Origin: Planctomycetota bacterium
GTDB taxonomy: Bacteria; Planctomycetota; B15-G4
NCBI GenBank assembly: GCA_965248575.1
Contig: CBDFJQ010000002.1
Span: 3,904,001-3,968,000 of the forward strand
Direction: 5' to 3'
DNA length: 64,000 nucleotides
The translations under genes and the position numbers were made by a program. Positions 43,879 to 53,249 of the stretch are shown piece by piece (the stretch's first letter is position 1; each line of letters starts with the position of its first letter). Below the pieces are notes generated by a model. That model was not told the origin of the DNA, did no database searches, and was given only the letters and a program-made list of their open reading frames with translations.

Positions 43879-45099
43879 ATGAGCAGGGGACAGCGAAACG
43901 CGCTCATGGCCTTCGGCCTCGTGCTGGTCGCCTATGTGCTGGCCCGCGCCCTGTCTGGCGACAACGACTTCGACGGCTTCCATCGCGCGGCGCAACACGT
44001 GCTCGACACCGGGACGCTCAGCCGGGTGAAGGACGTGCAGCGCTACCCGCCCAGCTTCCAATTGCTGATGCTGCCCTTCGGTCTGCTGCCATTGAAGGTG
44101 GCCGCGGGACTGTGGTTGGTGTTGAGCGTCGTGGCTCTGTGGAAGTTGCCGCGCCTGCTCGAACGCCTGATGGGTGTCCCGGTCTCCGCGCAGTTGGTGG
44201 CGGGCTGCGTGATGCTGCCGCTGGTGGTGGACAACCTGAACCTCGGGCAGAGCGCGCCGGTGTTGGTGTGCCTGTGCGCGTTGGCGCTGGTCTGGGCGCG
44301 GGAGGGGCGTGGACTCGCCAGCGGCTTCTTGTTGGGTGTACTCGCCCTGTTCAAGGTGTTGCCCGTCGTGATGTTGGCGATCCCGATCCTGTTGTGCGTG
44401 CGTGGCGGCAGTGGCGAGGCCGGCGACGAAGCTGCTCGGGGAACACAGGCAGCCCTGCGGCTCGTGGCGGGTGCGCTGCTCGCCCTGCTCCTGGCAACGG
44501 CTGGGCTCGTGGCCGTGGTGGGCTGGGAGGACACGCGCGACACGACGCAGCAATGGGTCACGAAGACCCGCGCTGAGCAGACGCCCTGGGCGCTGGTGGC
44601 CAACAACCGCAGCCTGCGTCACAACAACGAAGGGCTGGGCGTTGTACTCGCCCGGACCTACTGCGACATCAGCCCGGCGCAGGCGAAGGGCTCCGTGTCT
44701 CTGGCCAAGTGGCCACTGTCGGTGGCGTGGGGGATGTACGGCGCCCTCTTGGCGGGGCTCGTGGTGGCGGTGTGGCGAGGGCTGTTCGCGGTGCGGCGGC
44801 TCATGGCTTCAAGCGAGGCCGCAGCCCGTCACAGTGCGTGGGGCGGGCTGTTCGCGCTGGCGTGCTTGGGCACCCTGCTCATCTCACCCATCGTGTGGAC
44901 GCATTACTTTCTCTGGGTGTTGCCGGCCGCCGTCTTCCTGCATGAGCGGCAACGCCTGGTGTTGTGGGGCGGTGTCGCCTTCGCCGTGTGTTTCGCCGTG
45001 ACGCCCCTGCGCGGGCTGGGCGTGCACATCTATGCGACCTATGCGCTGTTCTGGGTGTTGGCGTTGGAGATCGTGCGCCGGGCGCGCGCGTCAGGCTAA
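43879..45099 (+). CDS. Glycosyltransferase family 87 (DUF2029) membrane protein
   Basis: DF, YPP, GQ, K..P and SPIVWTHY motifs in a multi-TM protein. Confidence 0.8.
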   Translation: MSRGQRNALMAFGLVLVAYVLARALSGDNDFDGFHRAAQHVLDTGTLSRVKDVQRYPPSFQLLMLPFGLLPLKVAAGLWLVLSVVALWKLPRLLERLMGVPVSAQLVAGCVMLPLVVDNLNLGQSAPVLVCLCALALVWAREGRGLASGFLLGVLALFKVLPVVMLAIPILLCVRGGSGEAGDEAARGTQAALRLVAGALLALLLATAGLVAVVGWEDTRDTTQQWVTKTRAEQTPWALVANNRSLRHNNEGLGVVLARTYCDISPAQAKGSVSLAKWPLSVAWGMYGALLAGLVVAVWRGLFAVRRLMASSEAAARHSAWGGLFALACLGTLLISPIVWTHYFLWVLPAAVFLHERQRLVLWGGVAFAVCFAVTPLRGLGVHIYATYALFWVLALEIVRRARASG

Positions 45100-45110
45100 G
45101 CCCGCGCCCT

Positions 45111-45596
45111 TCAGGCCTTGCCCTCGTTGATCCACTCCACCTCGCCGCCGGGCAGGAAGTAGACGATCAGCATGCGGCCGTCGGTGACGGTCGGCACGTG
45201 TGCCGAGTCGGGCGCGAAGGCCACCCAACCCTCCGGTTGGCCGTCGAACTTGGCGTCCCCTTCCACGGCGAAGCAGATGTTCACTTCGCCCTTGGGGTGG
45301 CGGTGGTTGATGCCGCCGCCCGTCATCCAGACGAAGTCCACGGACATGTCGTGGGGCGTGTCGCCGGGCTTGGCCAGGCGCGAGAAGCGCACCGGGTCCT
45401 TGCCTTTGTTGCAGATGACGCCATCCGCGAAGGCAGCCATGAGCGCCTTGCGCAAGTCGACGGCTTCGGGGCCGGCCATGGGATAGCGTCGCTCGAGTTC
45501 GGCGCGGGCGGCCGACGCGTCGCTCAGGTCGACAGCGGCGGCGTGGCCCATGGGGGCGTCGAGCAGGGTCAGCAGATCTTCAGCGGTGGCGGGCAT
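45111..45596 (-). CDS. DUF4863 family (PnbB-like) cupin
   Basis: SVDFVWM, HRHPKGEV, FDGQPEGW, SAHVPTV and YFLPGG. Confidence 0.75.
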   Translation of the reverse strand: MPATAEDLLTLLDAPMGHAAAVDLSDASAARAELERRYPMAGPEAVDLRKALMAAFADGVICNKGKDPVRFSRLAKPGDTPHDMSVDFVWMTGGGINHRHPKGEVNICFAVEGDAKFDGQPEGWVAFAPDSAHVPTVTDGRMLIVYFLPGGEVEWINEGKA

Positions 45597-45617
45597 GGTG
45601 GCTCCTTAAACCGGCGA

Positions 45618-46091
45618 TCAACCGGCGCCGTTGAGGCGTGCCATGGCGGCGGGCACGTGTTCCTTGATGTCGGACACCTTCTCGGCGTGTTCGATCTTGC
45701 CGTGGGCATCAATGATGTAGGTGATGCGGTCCGGGTACTTGGCGCCGTCGTCGGCGCAGGCGCCGTAGGCCACGCTCATGGCCTTGCTCGTGTCGCACAA
45801 CAACGGGTAGTTGAAGTCGAACTTGTCGGCGAAGGCCTTGTTGTCGGCCACGCTGTCAAAAGAGACGCCGAAGACGGCGGTCTTGTCGTTCAGTTCTGGG
45901 GTTCGATCACGGAACCCCTGGCCCTGGACGCGTCAGCCAGGGGTGTCGGCTTTGGGATAGAACCAGAGCAGCACGCGCTGGCCGGAGAAGTCCTCCAGGT
46001 TGCGGGTGGCGCCGGTGTGGTCCTGGAGCTCGAAGGCGGGAGCGTCGTCGCCCACATTGAGCAGCTTGGGTTTCTTGCTGAAGAGGCCCAT
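45618..46091 (-). CDS. bcp: BCP/PrxQ peroxiredoxin, selenoprotein (Sec53; TGA at 45935-45933), 157 aa
   Basis: AGGAG RBS then MGLFSKKPKLLNVGDDAPAFELQD...WFYPKADTPG-TGA-RVQGQGFRD...GVSFDS...YPLLCD...RITYIID; the TGA sits exactly at the peroxidatic Cys of PxxxTxxC. Confidence 0.88.
45898..45918 (-). promoter_or_regulatory. Candidate bacterial SECIS element
   Basis: 7-bp stem GGGGTTC/GAACCCC with loop CGUGAUC starting 21 nt after the UGA. Confidence 0.7.
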
Positions 46092-46101
46092 GGGGCTCCT
46101 C

Positions 46102-46752
46102 TCACGAAGGGGACAGGTCGAGCTGTTGCGGGAGATCCGCGAAGCCGCCGGTCAGGATGCGGTCGGCGCCCGCCTCGCGCAACGCCTGCTCCTCGCCCAC
46201 CCCACCCAGCACGACCCAGCAGGGGATGTGCGCGGCATGCGCCGCGAGCACGTCCGCATCGGAGTCGCCGATCATGAGGGCGGCCGATGCCGGGGCGCCC
46301 AGGGCCTCGAGGGCGTGCAGCAGCACATCCGGGGCGGGCTTGCTGTGGGACACGAGGTCGCGGCCCGAGACGTGGGCGATGTGCGGCGCGAGGCCGGTGG
46401 CCTGCAGGCCGTCCTGGGCGCTCTGGGTCAGGCGCGTGGTGGCGACCGCCAGCCGGAAGCCGGCGGCCGTGAGCAGGGGCAGGGTCTCGGCCACCCCGGG
46501 CAGCACCCGGCTGCGGGCGGCGAGGCGCGGCAGGACCCGCTTGGCGAAAGCGCTGACCATGCCGTGGGGGTCGTCCGCCCCGAGCTGCTCCCAGACGGTG
46601 TGGGGCGGCTGGCCGATCTTGCTGCGGGCCCAGGCGGCCTCGGGGACGGGCAATCCAGCCTCCTCGGCCAGCTCCAAAACCCCTTCGACGATGGCGTCGG
46701 AGGCATCCAGCAGGGTGCCATCCAGGTCGAGCAGCAGGACGTCGGGGCGCAT
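46102..46752 (-). CDS. HAD family hydrolase (phosphoglycolate phosphatase-like)
   Basis: DLDGTLLD, VATT, KPAPD and IGDSDAD. Confidence 0.9.
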   Translation of the reverse strand: MRPDVLLLDLDGTLLDASDAIVEGVLELAEEAGLPVPEAAWARSKIGQPPHTVWEQLGADDPHGMVSAFAKRVLPRLAARSRVLPGVAETLPLLTAAGFRLAVATTRLTQSAQDGLQATGLAPHIAHVSGRDLVSHSKPAPDVLLHALEALGAPASAALMIGDSDADVLAAHAAHIPCWVVLGGVGEEQALREAGADRILTGGFADLPQQLDLSPS

Positions 46753-46854
46753 GGCGGGGGATGTTAGCAGGCCGCGCCGGTTGCAGAGCGGGGCCGGGTT
46801 GCCCCTGGCGGCGGGCCCCAGCCCGGGGGCCTGTCGCGGGGTAGGATACCCCCC

Positions 46855-48705
46855 ATGGCTCGCATGCTCCCCAGGACCTCGCTCCGCTCCTTGCGCCGAC
46901 TCCTGGTGGGTCCGGAGTGGCTGGTGGTGGCCACCTTCGTGCTGATGATCGAGCTCATGGCGCCCACGGTCGAAAGCGATGTGGACGACATCACATGGGT
47001 GATCGTGATGCCCATGCTGCTGAGCTTGGGTTGCATCATGGCGACGCACCAACACCTGCCCCTGATGAGCGGCCTGGTGACCTGGGCCTCCAAGCTCTTC
47101 AAGCGCATGCGGCGCAACCTGGTGGTGAGCCTGGGCCTCGACTTCCACCCGGAGCGGGCGCCGCGGCTCGCGCCCTTCGTCACCCTGCGCAAGGGCGTCT
47201 TCATCTTGTTCCTCGTAGCAGCCGTGCTGTTGGCGGGGCGTGGTCTAGGTCGCGACGTCCTGCAAGCCACGCGCGTGCAAGGGCTCTACACGCTGCACAA
47301 CCTGATGATCGGGACGGCCTGGTTTGGTTTGATCCTGGGCACCGTGATCGCGGTGCCTGCCAGCTTGCTGGCCATCCTCGAGGTGGTGCGCAGGCGGTTT
47401 GGGGTCGAGGGCTTCGGGCGCGTGATGTTGGTCTCGGGTGGCTCGGTGCTGGTGGCCATTTTCCTGGTCGTGCTCAACGCCAAGACGGGGCTGACGGGCT
47501 GCCTCGGTGTGCTGGCCTTTGCCACCTTGCTGCCGTCCGTGGTGCGGCCCATCGACCCGCCCCGGGGGCAATGGCTGAACATCGCCATGGGTCGCAACGG
47601 GCCCCCGCGTACGATCCGTCTCGGGCAGCTGCTGACCGACACCTACCGCGTGTTGTCATTGGTGGCCTTCTCCATCGTGGCGTTGCTGATGCCGGGCGAG
47701 TCGGCCTTGTCCGCGACCACCTTCCCGGTGACGGACCTGCTGTTGTCCGTCTTCGGCTGGTCGGCGGCCTGGTTGCTCACGGGCGGTGCCTGCCTGGGCA
47801 TCGGTGAGTTCAACCGTCGGCGACGTCTGTTCGACCCGGCCTTCCCCCGCAGCCGGGTGTTGTGGGCGGTGCCCGGCCCGGAGGCCCGTGCCTTGGAGCA
47901 GGAGCGGCACGCGGTCGAGGAGGCTGGCTGGCGGCTCGTGGTCTCGGACAGCCTGCCCGGCCCCGAAGACGCCGACTTGCTGGTGGGTGTTCCCACGAGT
48001 CCTTTGCCTCCGCGCGGTGTGCCTCTGACCCAAGTGCCGCCCGCCATCTTCCTGGTGGACGAGGACCCTGCGGCCCTGCTGGCCGAAGCCGAGGAGCGGG
48101 ACAAGGCCGAGCGCGCCAGCGAGGCCATCGAAGGCTTGCTCAACGCCACCCGACCGCGCATGGGCGACCACGGCGAGGGGACGTTCCTCGTGCCCCATTG
48201 TTGGTTGGTGGTGGGGCTCACCCGGGACGACGAGCGCGGGAGTCTCGAACGCAGCCCCGTGCTGACCTTCGGCCAGCCTTTCCGCATCGCCTTCGGCACC
48301 CGCCTGCGTCGCTTTCTCTACGACGTCATGGCCCGGGCCGACATCGACGTGCTCTACATCGAGGACTCCGTGACACCGGAGCAGGTGAGCGAGGTGCTGG
48401 AATTGCTCTTCGAACGTCACATCTCGCGCATGCAACCCGAGGCCGTGGCCGAGCACGACTTCGTGGGCGTGACCGGTGTGCGGGTGGTGCTGCACAACGT
48501 GGACCCGGAGGGCGAAGGCATCAAGGGTGTCGACGCCCACGTCTCCCGCAACGCCATCTCTCGCGCGCGGATCATGATCATCGGCCACGACCGACGAGAC
48601 GATGACGACGACGAGGGCCCGCCCGCCGATGGCGAGTCCAGTGATCTGTGGTTGGAGGAGAGCCTGAGCGGGCTCTTCCCCAAGACGCCTCTGCAGAACA
48701 TCTGA
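46855..48705 (+). CDS. Hypothetical polytopic membrane protein with soluble C-terminal half
   Basis: 616-aa ORF, about 8 TM segments in the N-terminal half, host-like codon usage. Confidence 0.75.
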   Translation: MARMLPRTSLRSLRRLLVGPEWLVVATFVLMIELMAPTVESDVDDITWVIVMPMLLSLGCIMATHQHLPLMSGLVTWASKLFKRMRRNLVVSLGLDFHPERAPRLAPFVTLRKGVFILFLVAAVLLAGRGLGRDVLQATRVQGLYTLHNLMIGTAWFGLILGTVIAVPASLLAILEVVRRRFGVEGFGRVMLVSGGSVLVAIFLVVLNAKTGLTGCLGVLAFATLLPSVVRPIDPPRGQWLNIAMGRNGPPRTIRLGQLLTDTYRVLSLVAFSIVALLMPGESALSATTFPVTDLLLSVFGWSAAWLLTGGACLGIGEFNRRRRLFDPAFPRSRVLWAVPGPEARALEQERHAVEEAGWRLVVSDSLPGPEDADLLVGVPTSPLPPRGVPLTQVPPAIFLVDEDPAALLAEAEERDKAERASEAIEGLLNATRPRMGDHGEGTFLVPHCWLVVGLTRDDERGSLERSPVLTFGQPFRIAFGTRLRRFLYDVMARADIDVLYIEDSVTPEQVSEVLELLFERHISRMQPEAVAEHDFVGVTGVRVVLHNVDPEGEGIKGVDAHVSRNAISRARIMIIGHDRRDDDDDEGPPADGESSDLWLEESLSGLFPKTPLQNI

Positions 48706-48956
48706 GCGGCGCCGGGCGAGAGGCCGGTCATTCGGGCCTGTGCACGCACGGGGGTCGCCAGCTCGGCGTTGGCTCGTCCTCGACGATGCTCTGCATCGCC
48801 TGCGGCTCGCCGCCTTGATCTGACGGCCCCAGCACGCACCCAGGGCCGAAGCACCGGCCTCTTACCCGGCTCGGGTTGGGGTGAAACAGATCGAGGCTTG
48901 GGCCGTCGGTGGGGTTGGTTATGCGGGTCTGTCTAATTCGTCGGGGGATTCGGTTC

Positions 48957-50066
48957 ATGGCGCGGCGTCGGGCGGCGGGGCGGGGGCAGCGGGCTCGGTC
49001 CCCTTGGTTGATGGTGCGTTTGCGGGAGGAGCTGCTTGTGCGGAGCTACAGTCCGCGGACGGCACAGACCTATGAGCACTGGGTGCGGCGCTTCCTGCGG
49101 TTTCATGGGATGCGGTCGCCGAGGGGGATGGGGGGTGAGGAGGTGACGGGCTTCCTCTCACACCTGGCGACCGAGATGAAGGTGAGCGCGTCGACCCAGA
49201 ACCAGGCGCTGGCGGCGCTGCTGTTCCTTTACGGGAAGGTGTTGCAGGAGGACCTGCCGTGGATGGCGGACGTGGTGCGGGCGCGGCGGCCCCGCTACCT
49301 GCCGGTGGTCATGACTCAGGGGGAGGTACGCGAGGTGCTGGGTGCCTTGGAGGGGGTGCCTGCCACGGTGGGTGCCTTGCTCTATGGGTCAGGCCTGCGC
49401 TTGCTGGAGGCCCTCACCCTGCGGGTGAAGGATGTCGACTTCGGCGCGCGTCAGCTGTTGGTGCGGCAGGGGAAGGGCAAGAAGGACCGCCGGGCCCTGC
49501 TGCCCACCTCGGTGGAAGGGGCCCTGAGGCACCAGCTCCGCCAGGCGCGCTACCAACATGAGCAGGACCTGAAGAACGACGCAGGATGGGTCGAGCTCCC
49601 CGCCGCCTTCGGGCGCAAGTCAACCCACGCCGGCCAGGACTGGCCCTGGCAATGGGTCTTCCCCGCCACACGGATCTACACCTGCCAGGAGACGGGAGAA
49701 CGAAGGCGCCATCACCTGCACGAGACAGTGGTGCAGAAGGCGGTGCGCGCTGCCGCGCGACGAGCGGGACTCTCGAAACGCATCACAAGCCACGCCTTCC
49801 GTCATTCCTTTGCAACCCACTTGCTGCAATCCGGAACCGACATCAGGACCATCCAGAAGCTGCTGGGCCACAAGAGCGTGCAGACCACGATGATCTACAC
49901 CCACGTCCTGAACCGCGGACCCATGGGAGTGGTGAGCCCACTGGATCAGCTGGGCGAGGAGGTGCAGCTGGAGGGGGAGGGACGGAAGGGCGGTGCCGCC
50001 GATCCAACGGGTCCACGGGATCCACCAGCCGATGAGGCCGAGGAAGGACCTCCCGGTGCTGGATAA
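48957..50066 (+). CDS. intI: Integron integrase
   Basis: [16 protein letters not shown]; tyrosine-recombinase residues [26 protein letters not shown] and LLGH...TMIYTH; IntI-specific insertion [10 protein letters not shown]...WPWQWVFPA...RRHHLHE. Confidence 0.96.
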   Translation: MARRRAAGRGQRARSPWLMVRLREELLVRSYSPRTAQTYEHWVRRFLRFHGMRSPRGMGGEEVTGFLSHLATEMKVSASTQNQALAALLFLYGKVLQEDLPWMADVVRARRPRYLPVVMTQGEVREVLGALEGVPATVGALLYGSGLRLLEALTLRVKDVDFGARQLLVRQGKGKKDRRALLPTSVEGALRHQLRQARYQHEQDLKNDAGWVELPAAFGRKSTHAGQDWPWQWVFPATRIYTCQETGERRRHHLHETVVQKAVRAAARRAGLSKRITSHAFRHSFATHLLQSGTDIRTIQKLLGHKSVQTTMIYTHVLNRGPMGVVSPLDQLGEEVQLEGEGRKGGAADPTGPRDPPADEAEEGPPGAG

Positions 50067-50244
50067 TGCTGAACACCGTCGCGTGATAGACGGACCTGCC
50101 TATCGGGGTTAGGGTCGATTCTCGATCTGGCGCCTCAGGCCAGAAAACCGGAACGGAAGAGGAGGAAGTCGCCATTGACGGGGAGAGAGAACACGGGCTG
50201 TGGGTCGATGGCCGCGTGGGGGCTTCGTTCCGTCTTTGCGTGAC

Positions 50245-50271
50245 AGCCACGCTGTCCAATTGGAGTTAGGC
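50245..50271 (+). other. Candidate attI (crossover at G/TTAGGC 50265-50271)
   Basis: GTTAGGC lies 7 nt before the first cassette ATG and is complementary to that cassette's R'' GCCTAAC; no attC hairpin precedes it. Confidence 0.65.
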
Positions 50272-50277
50272 AGCCGA

Positions 50278-50604
50278 ATGGCGAAGAAGATCAGTCGACT
50301 ATGGGCTGCGGTGGCCGTCACACTCGCAACTGCCTTGCTGTGCTGGTACGTGGTCATTCCAGCCATCTACGATCATTACTTCGAATACGAGACGGCTCTG
50401 CATAGAGTTGATCACTTGGTAGGTTCAGGGCGTCAGTTCGCGGAGAACTCCGACTTGGTCAACTACCTGTGGCGCGAGATTCGCGACGACACCAAGAATG
50501 TACCCAACATGGGGTTCTTAACGCCCGAGACGCTCTTCGCACGCGGGCGTCACTACACTCTCATCATGCTTGAGGAAGCACTGGAGCGCCTCGGTGAGCC
50601 CTGA
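50278..50604 (+). CDS. Cassette 1: hypothetical protein with N-terminal TM/signal anchor
   Basis: ORF fills the space between the attI candidate and attC1. Confidence 0.75.
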   Translation: MAKKISRLWAAVAVTLATALLCWYVVIPAIYDHYFEYETALHRVDHLVGSGRQFAENSDLVNYLWREIRDDTKNVPNMGFLTPETLFARGRHYTLIMLEEALERLGEP

Positions 50605-50609
50605 CGCTT

Positions 50610-50676
50610 GCCTAACTGGCGCTAGCAACGGACGGGGCGCTTCGCGCCCCGCCGCTGAACCGCAGGTACGTTAGCC
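50610..50676 (+). repeat. attC1
   Basis: GCCTAAC...GGGGCGC-TTC-GCGCCCC...GCTGAAC...GTTAGCC. Confidence 0.9.
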
Positions 50677-50690
50677 AGATGGAGCGTTGA

Positions 50691-51086
50691 GTGATGCGAA
50701 CGGTCTTTGCTGTTCTGGCAGGTGTGCTGGTGCATTTTCTGGTGCTGTCTGTCGTCGTTTCGCAGACGGTGACACTTCAAGTCGTCCAAGAAGGAGCTGC
50801 GCCACTACCCGACGAGAATCCTCTGGTGTCGTGGGTGATCCTTGCGTGCATGTTCGTCGTAGCGGCGCTAGTCGGCGGAACGGCCGCCGGAGCCGTTTCA
50901 AAAGGGCGTTTCGCTCTGGCCTCGTGCCTCGTCGGGGCATGGGGTGCCATGCTGCTGTTCGCCAACGGTCAGAGTGCTGCAGACCTAGCATTCACCGTAG
51001 TCCTTGCCGGTGCAGTACTCTGTGTTCCCGCCGCACTCCTTGGGGGCTACACGTGGAAGAGGTTCTGTGCCAAGCCAACTGGCTAA
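50691..51086 (+). CDS. Cassette 2: hypothetical 4-TM membrane protein
   Basis: GGAG RBS; the TAA stop lies within R'' GGCTAAC. Confidence 0.75.
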   Translation: MMRTVFAVLAGVLVHFLVLSVVVSQTVTLQVVQEGAAPLPDENPLVSWVILACMFVVAALVGGTAAGAVSKGRFALASCLVGAWGAMLLFANGQSAADLAFTVVLAGAVLCVPAALLGGYTWKRFCAKPTG

Positions 51087-51147
51087 CAAGCGCTTGCAGC
51101 GGACGGTCCGCTGCGCGGCCCGCCGCTGAACCGCCAGTCCGTTAGGC
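51081..51147 (+). repeat. attC2
   Basis: GGCTAACAAGCGCTTGCAGCGGACGG...CCGCCGCTGAACCGCCAGTCCGTTAGGC. Confidence 0.92.
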
Positions 51148-51173
51148 AGCACCACACTCTTGGAGTTGGGCCG

Positions 51174-51503
51174 ATGGTCGAATTGCGCCGAATAGAGCCC
51201 CTACCTCTCGGGAAGCTGCAGGCCTTTATTTGGGCAGCTCTTGCGCTAGTGCGCGCCGTGCCGATGCTTTTCGCTACCGTGTTCGAGGGGCCAGGTTCCG
51301 AGTTGTGGGGCGAGTTCAGCATCACCTCCATTGTGGACATGACGGGATTCTATGGGCTATTGCTCAGTCCCGTGGTTGCAGGGTTCTGGGGGCTCATTAA
51401 TGGCTGCATTATTGCGTTAGCATACAACTGGGCTGCTGGGCAGCTCGGTGGCGTTAAGATCACGATAGTGACGGCAAGCGAACGTGATGGGGCCAGCGCA
51501 TGA
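51174..51503 (+). CDS. Cassette 3: small membrane protein (DUF3566-like)
   Basis: ELRRIEPL..GK...ALAYNWAAG.LGGVKI pattern. Confidence 0.7.
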   Translation: MVELRRIEPLPLGKLQAFIWAALALVRAVPMLFATVFEGPGSELWGEFSITSIVDMTGFYGLLLSPVVAGFWGLINGCIIALAYNWAAGQLGGVKITIVTASERDGASA

Positions 51504-51509
51504 CGGTCT

Positions 51510-51576
51510 GCCTAACAAGCGCTTGCAGCGGACGGTCCGCTGCGCGGCCCGCCGCTGAACCGCCAGTCCGTTAGGT
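51510..51576 (+). repeat. attC3
   Basis: GCCTAAC...GTTAGGT; interior identical to attC2. Confidence 0.92.
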
Positions 51577-51583
51577 GGACGTA

Positions 51584-51946
51584 ATGCCGGATGTGAGTGC
51601 TCAACCATCGATGATCGAGAAAGTGCGATGCGAAGTCGTGACCTACGATCTGACGTATGCGGAGAAACAGCTGATTGCCAAGGGAGCACTCGCGCCAGTT
51701 CTGGAGCGTTTGCACAGTACTGCGAGTGACAGCGTAGGCGACTGCGCAAGGTGGAGTGGTATTGCGGCAGTCATCGGTTTCGTGGTGCTCCTCGTTGGGC
51801 CAAGGAGCAACTCTGTGTGGATTTGGGCGGTTAGCAGTTTTGGGCATCTAGCCTTAGCCGTAGTTCTTGGCTACATGAGCACCCGCCAGCGTAGGGAGGA
51901 AAGGCACCTTGCGAATCTCCTCGATACATTGAGGGAGGCAGAGTGA
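51584..51946 (+). CDS. Cassette 4: hypothetical 2-TM protein
   Basis: ORF between attC3 and attC4. Confidence 0.7.
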   Translation: MPDVSAQPSMIEKVRCEVVTYDLTYAEKQLIAKGALAPVLERLHSTASDSVGDCARWSGIAAVIGFVVLLVGPRSNSVWIWAVSSFGHLALAVVLGYMSTRQRREERHLANLLDTLREAE

Positions 51947-51964
51947 AGGCGTCTCTGAGACACC

Positions 51965-52031
51965 ACCTAACAAGCGCTTGCAGCGGACGTTCCGCTGCGC
52001 GGACCGCCGCTGAACCACAGGTCCGTTAGAT
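51965..52031 (+). repeat. attC4
   Basis: ACCTAAC...GTTAGAT; same repeat family as attC2. Confidence 0.9.
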
Positions 52032-52073
52032 GGGCGGATCTACGCAGGAAGGTGCAACACACAGGGTCTCCAA

Positions 52074-52259
52074 GTGTTAGATGAACCAAACGGAGAGCAA
52101 CCGAAGAAGCGGCGCACCGCAATGGCTACGAGTGTTTCGATTGGGGCAGCTGTTGGGGCCGTGTTCGGCGTGGCGGTGAGCAACATTGGCCTCGGCATTG
52201 CTATTGGCGTTGCGGTGGGCGTGGCCATCGGCGCAAGTCGAGAGGCAGGTAGGAAGTGA
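52074..52259 (+). CDS. Cassette 5: small glycine-zipper membrane protein
   Basis: GxxxGxxxG...NIGLGIAIGVAVGVAIG. Confidence 0.7.
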   Translation: MLDEPNGEQPKKRRTAMATSVSIGAAVGAVFGVAVSNIGLGIAIGVAVGVAIGASREAGRK

Positions 52260-52264
52260 ATGCC

Positions 52265-52327
52265 ATCTAACAAGCCGCACCAGACGGACCGGGCTCCGCC
52301 CGGCTGCTGAACGCCAGTCGGCAAGGC
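52265..52327 (+). repeat. attC5 (degenerate R')
   Basis: ATCTAAC...CCGGGC-TCC-GCCCGG...GCTGAAC...GCAAGGC instead of GTTAGGC. Confidence 0.75.
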
Positions 52328-52365
52328 GGCAACATTGGACCGACGCACCACACAGGAGAGAACTA

Positions 52366-52797
52366 TTGGCCGACAATGTGAAGACCACAGCGGCGACGGT
52401 GATTCCGACCATGCGATACAACGATGCAGCGGCAGCCATCGCGTGGCTCTGCGAAGCGTTCGGATTCGAGAAACACCTGGTCGTTCCCGGTGAAGACGGC
52501 ACAATCGCCCACGCACAGCTCGTCTTCGGGAATGGAATGGTAATGCTCGCCTCAGCGCGCGCGAGCGAGTTCGACAACCTTCACAAGCTGCCGAGCGCCC
52601 TGGGCGACGCCGTATCTCAGAGCCCGTACATCATCGTCGACGACGCCGACAAACACTACGCACGAGCTGTTGCGGCGGGCGCAGAGATCGTGATTGAAAT
52701 TAGGGACGAGGATTACGGGGGCCGAGGCTACTCTTGTCGCGATCCCGAAGGGCACGTTTGGAACTTCGGCTCCTACGATCCCTGGGCCTCCGCCTAA
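52366..52797 (+). CDS. Cassette 6: VOC (glyoxalase/bleomycin-resistance-fold) protein
   Basis: AGGAG plus TTG start; AAIAWLCEAFGF, IAHAQL and DYGGRGYSCRDPEGHVWNFGSY. Confidence 0.88.
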   Translation: MADNVKTTAATVIPTMRYNDAAAAIAWLCEAFGFEKHLVVPGEDGTIAHAQLVFGNGMVMLASARASEFDNLHKLPSALGDAVSQSPYIIVDDADKHYARAVAAGAEIVIEIRDEDYGGRGYSCRDPEGHVWNFGSYDPWASA

Positions 52798-52858
52798 CAA
52801 GCGCTTGCAGCGGACGGTCCGCTGCGCGGCCCGTCGCTGAACCGCCAGTCCGTTGGGC
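52792..52858 (+). repeat. attC6
   Basis: GCCTAAC...GTTGGGC; interior one substitution from attC2/3. Confidence 0.92.
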
Positions 52859-52888
52859 GGACGGAGTCACTGACCGCGGGAGAGTGGA

Positions 52889-53131
52889 ATGGCCATGACC
52901 TGGACGATAGTGCTAGTTGTAGTGCATGTGGTTCTTGCTCTCGCGGCTATTCGCTACGCACGAAAGAAGTCTACCTGGACGCGTGGCCCACAGTTCGCAG
53001 TCGTCTGTGCATTGGCAATTCCGATAGTTGGACCAATAATGACCCTTCTTTCAGCAGCCGCTTCGGGAAGCGGTGAATACGTAGACGAGAGTGTGCAATA
53101 CGGCGTCGATCCACCGGACCTAGGTAGCTAG
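52889..53131 (+). CDS. Cassette 7: small 2-TM protein (PLDc_N-like)
   Basis: Hydrophobic hairpin ending IPIVGP. Confidence 0.65.
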   Translation: MAMTWTIVLVVVHVVLALAAIRYARKKSTWTRGPQFAVVCALAIPIVGPIMTLLSAAASGSGEYVDESVQYGVDPPDLGS

Positions 53132-53172
53132 AATGGCGACTAGTTCAAGAGAGCCAAGGCGTTACGCCGCAC

Positions 53173-53236
53173 GCCCAACAAGCCTTTTCAGACGGACCGG
53201 GCTTCGCCCGGCCGCCGAACCGCAGGTCCGCTAGCT
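53173..53236 (+). repeat. attC7 (R' variant GCTAGCT)
   Basis: GCCCAAC...CCGGGC-TTC-GCCCGG...GCTAGCT. Confidence 0.8.
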
Positions 53237-53249
53237 AGACGGAACAGTC

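Noticed and set aside
5200..48588. Many long antisense or alternate-frame ORFs in the track (e.g. 8659-10128, 12813-14432, 14665-16128, 23712-25157, 37343-38887)
   Set aside because: These are shadow ORFs expected at high GC; they overlap motif-supported genes and have Arg/Ala/Gly/Pro-rich, motif-free translations.
48706..48956. Canonical attI or LexA box upstream of intI
   Set aside because: No minus-strand GTTRRRY followed by cassettes, and no CTGT-N8-ACAG seen. A lineage-specific SOS box cannot be excluded.
52366..52797. Bleomycin or fosfomycin resistance gene
   Set aside because: The VOC fold alone does not specify a substrate, and I recognised no diagnostic similarity to a named resistance protein.
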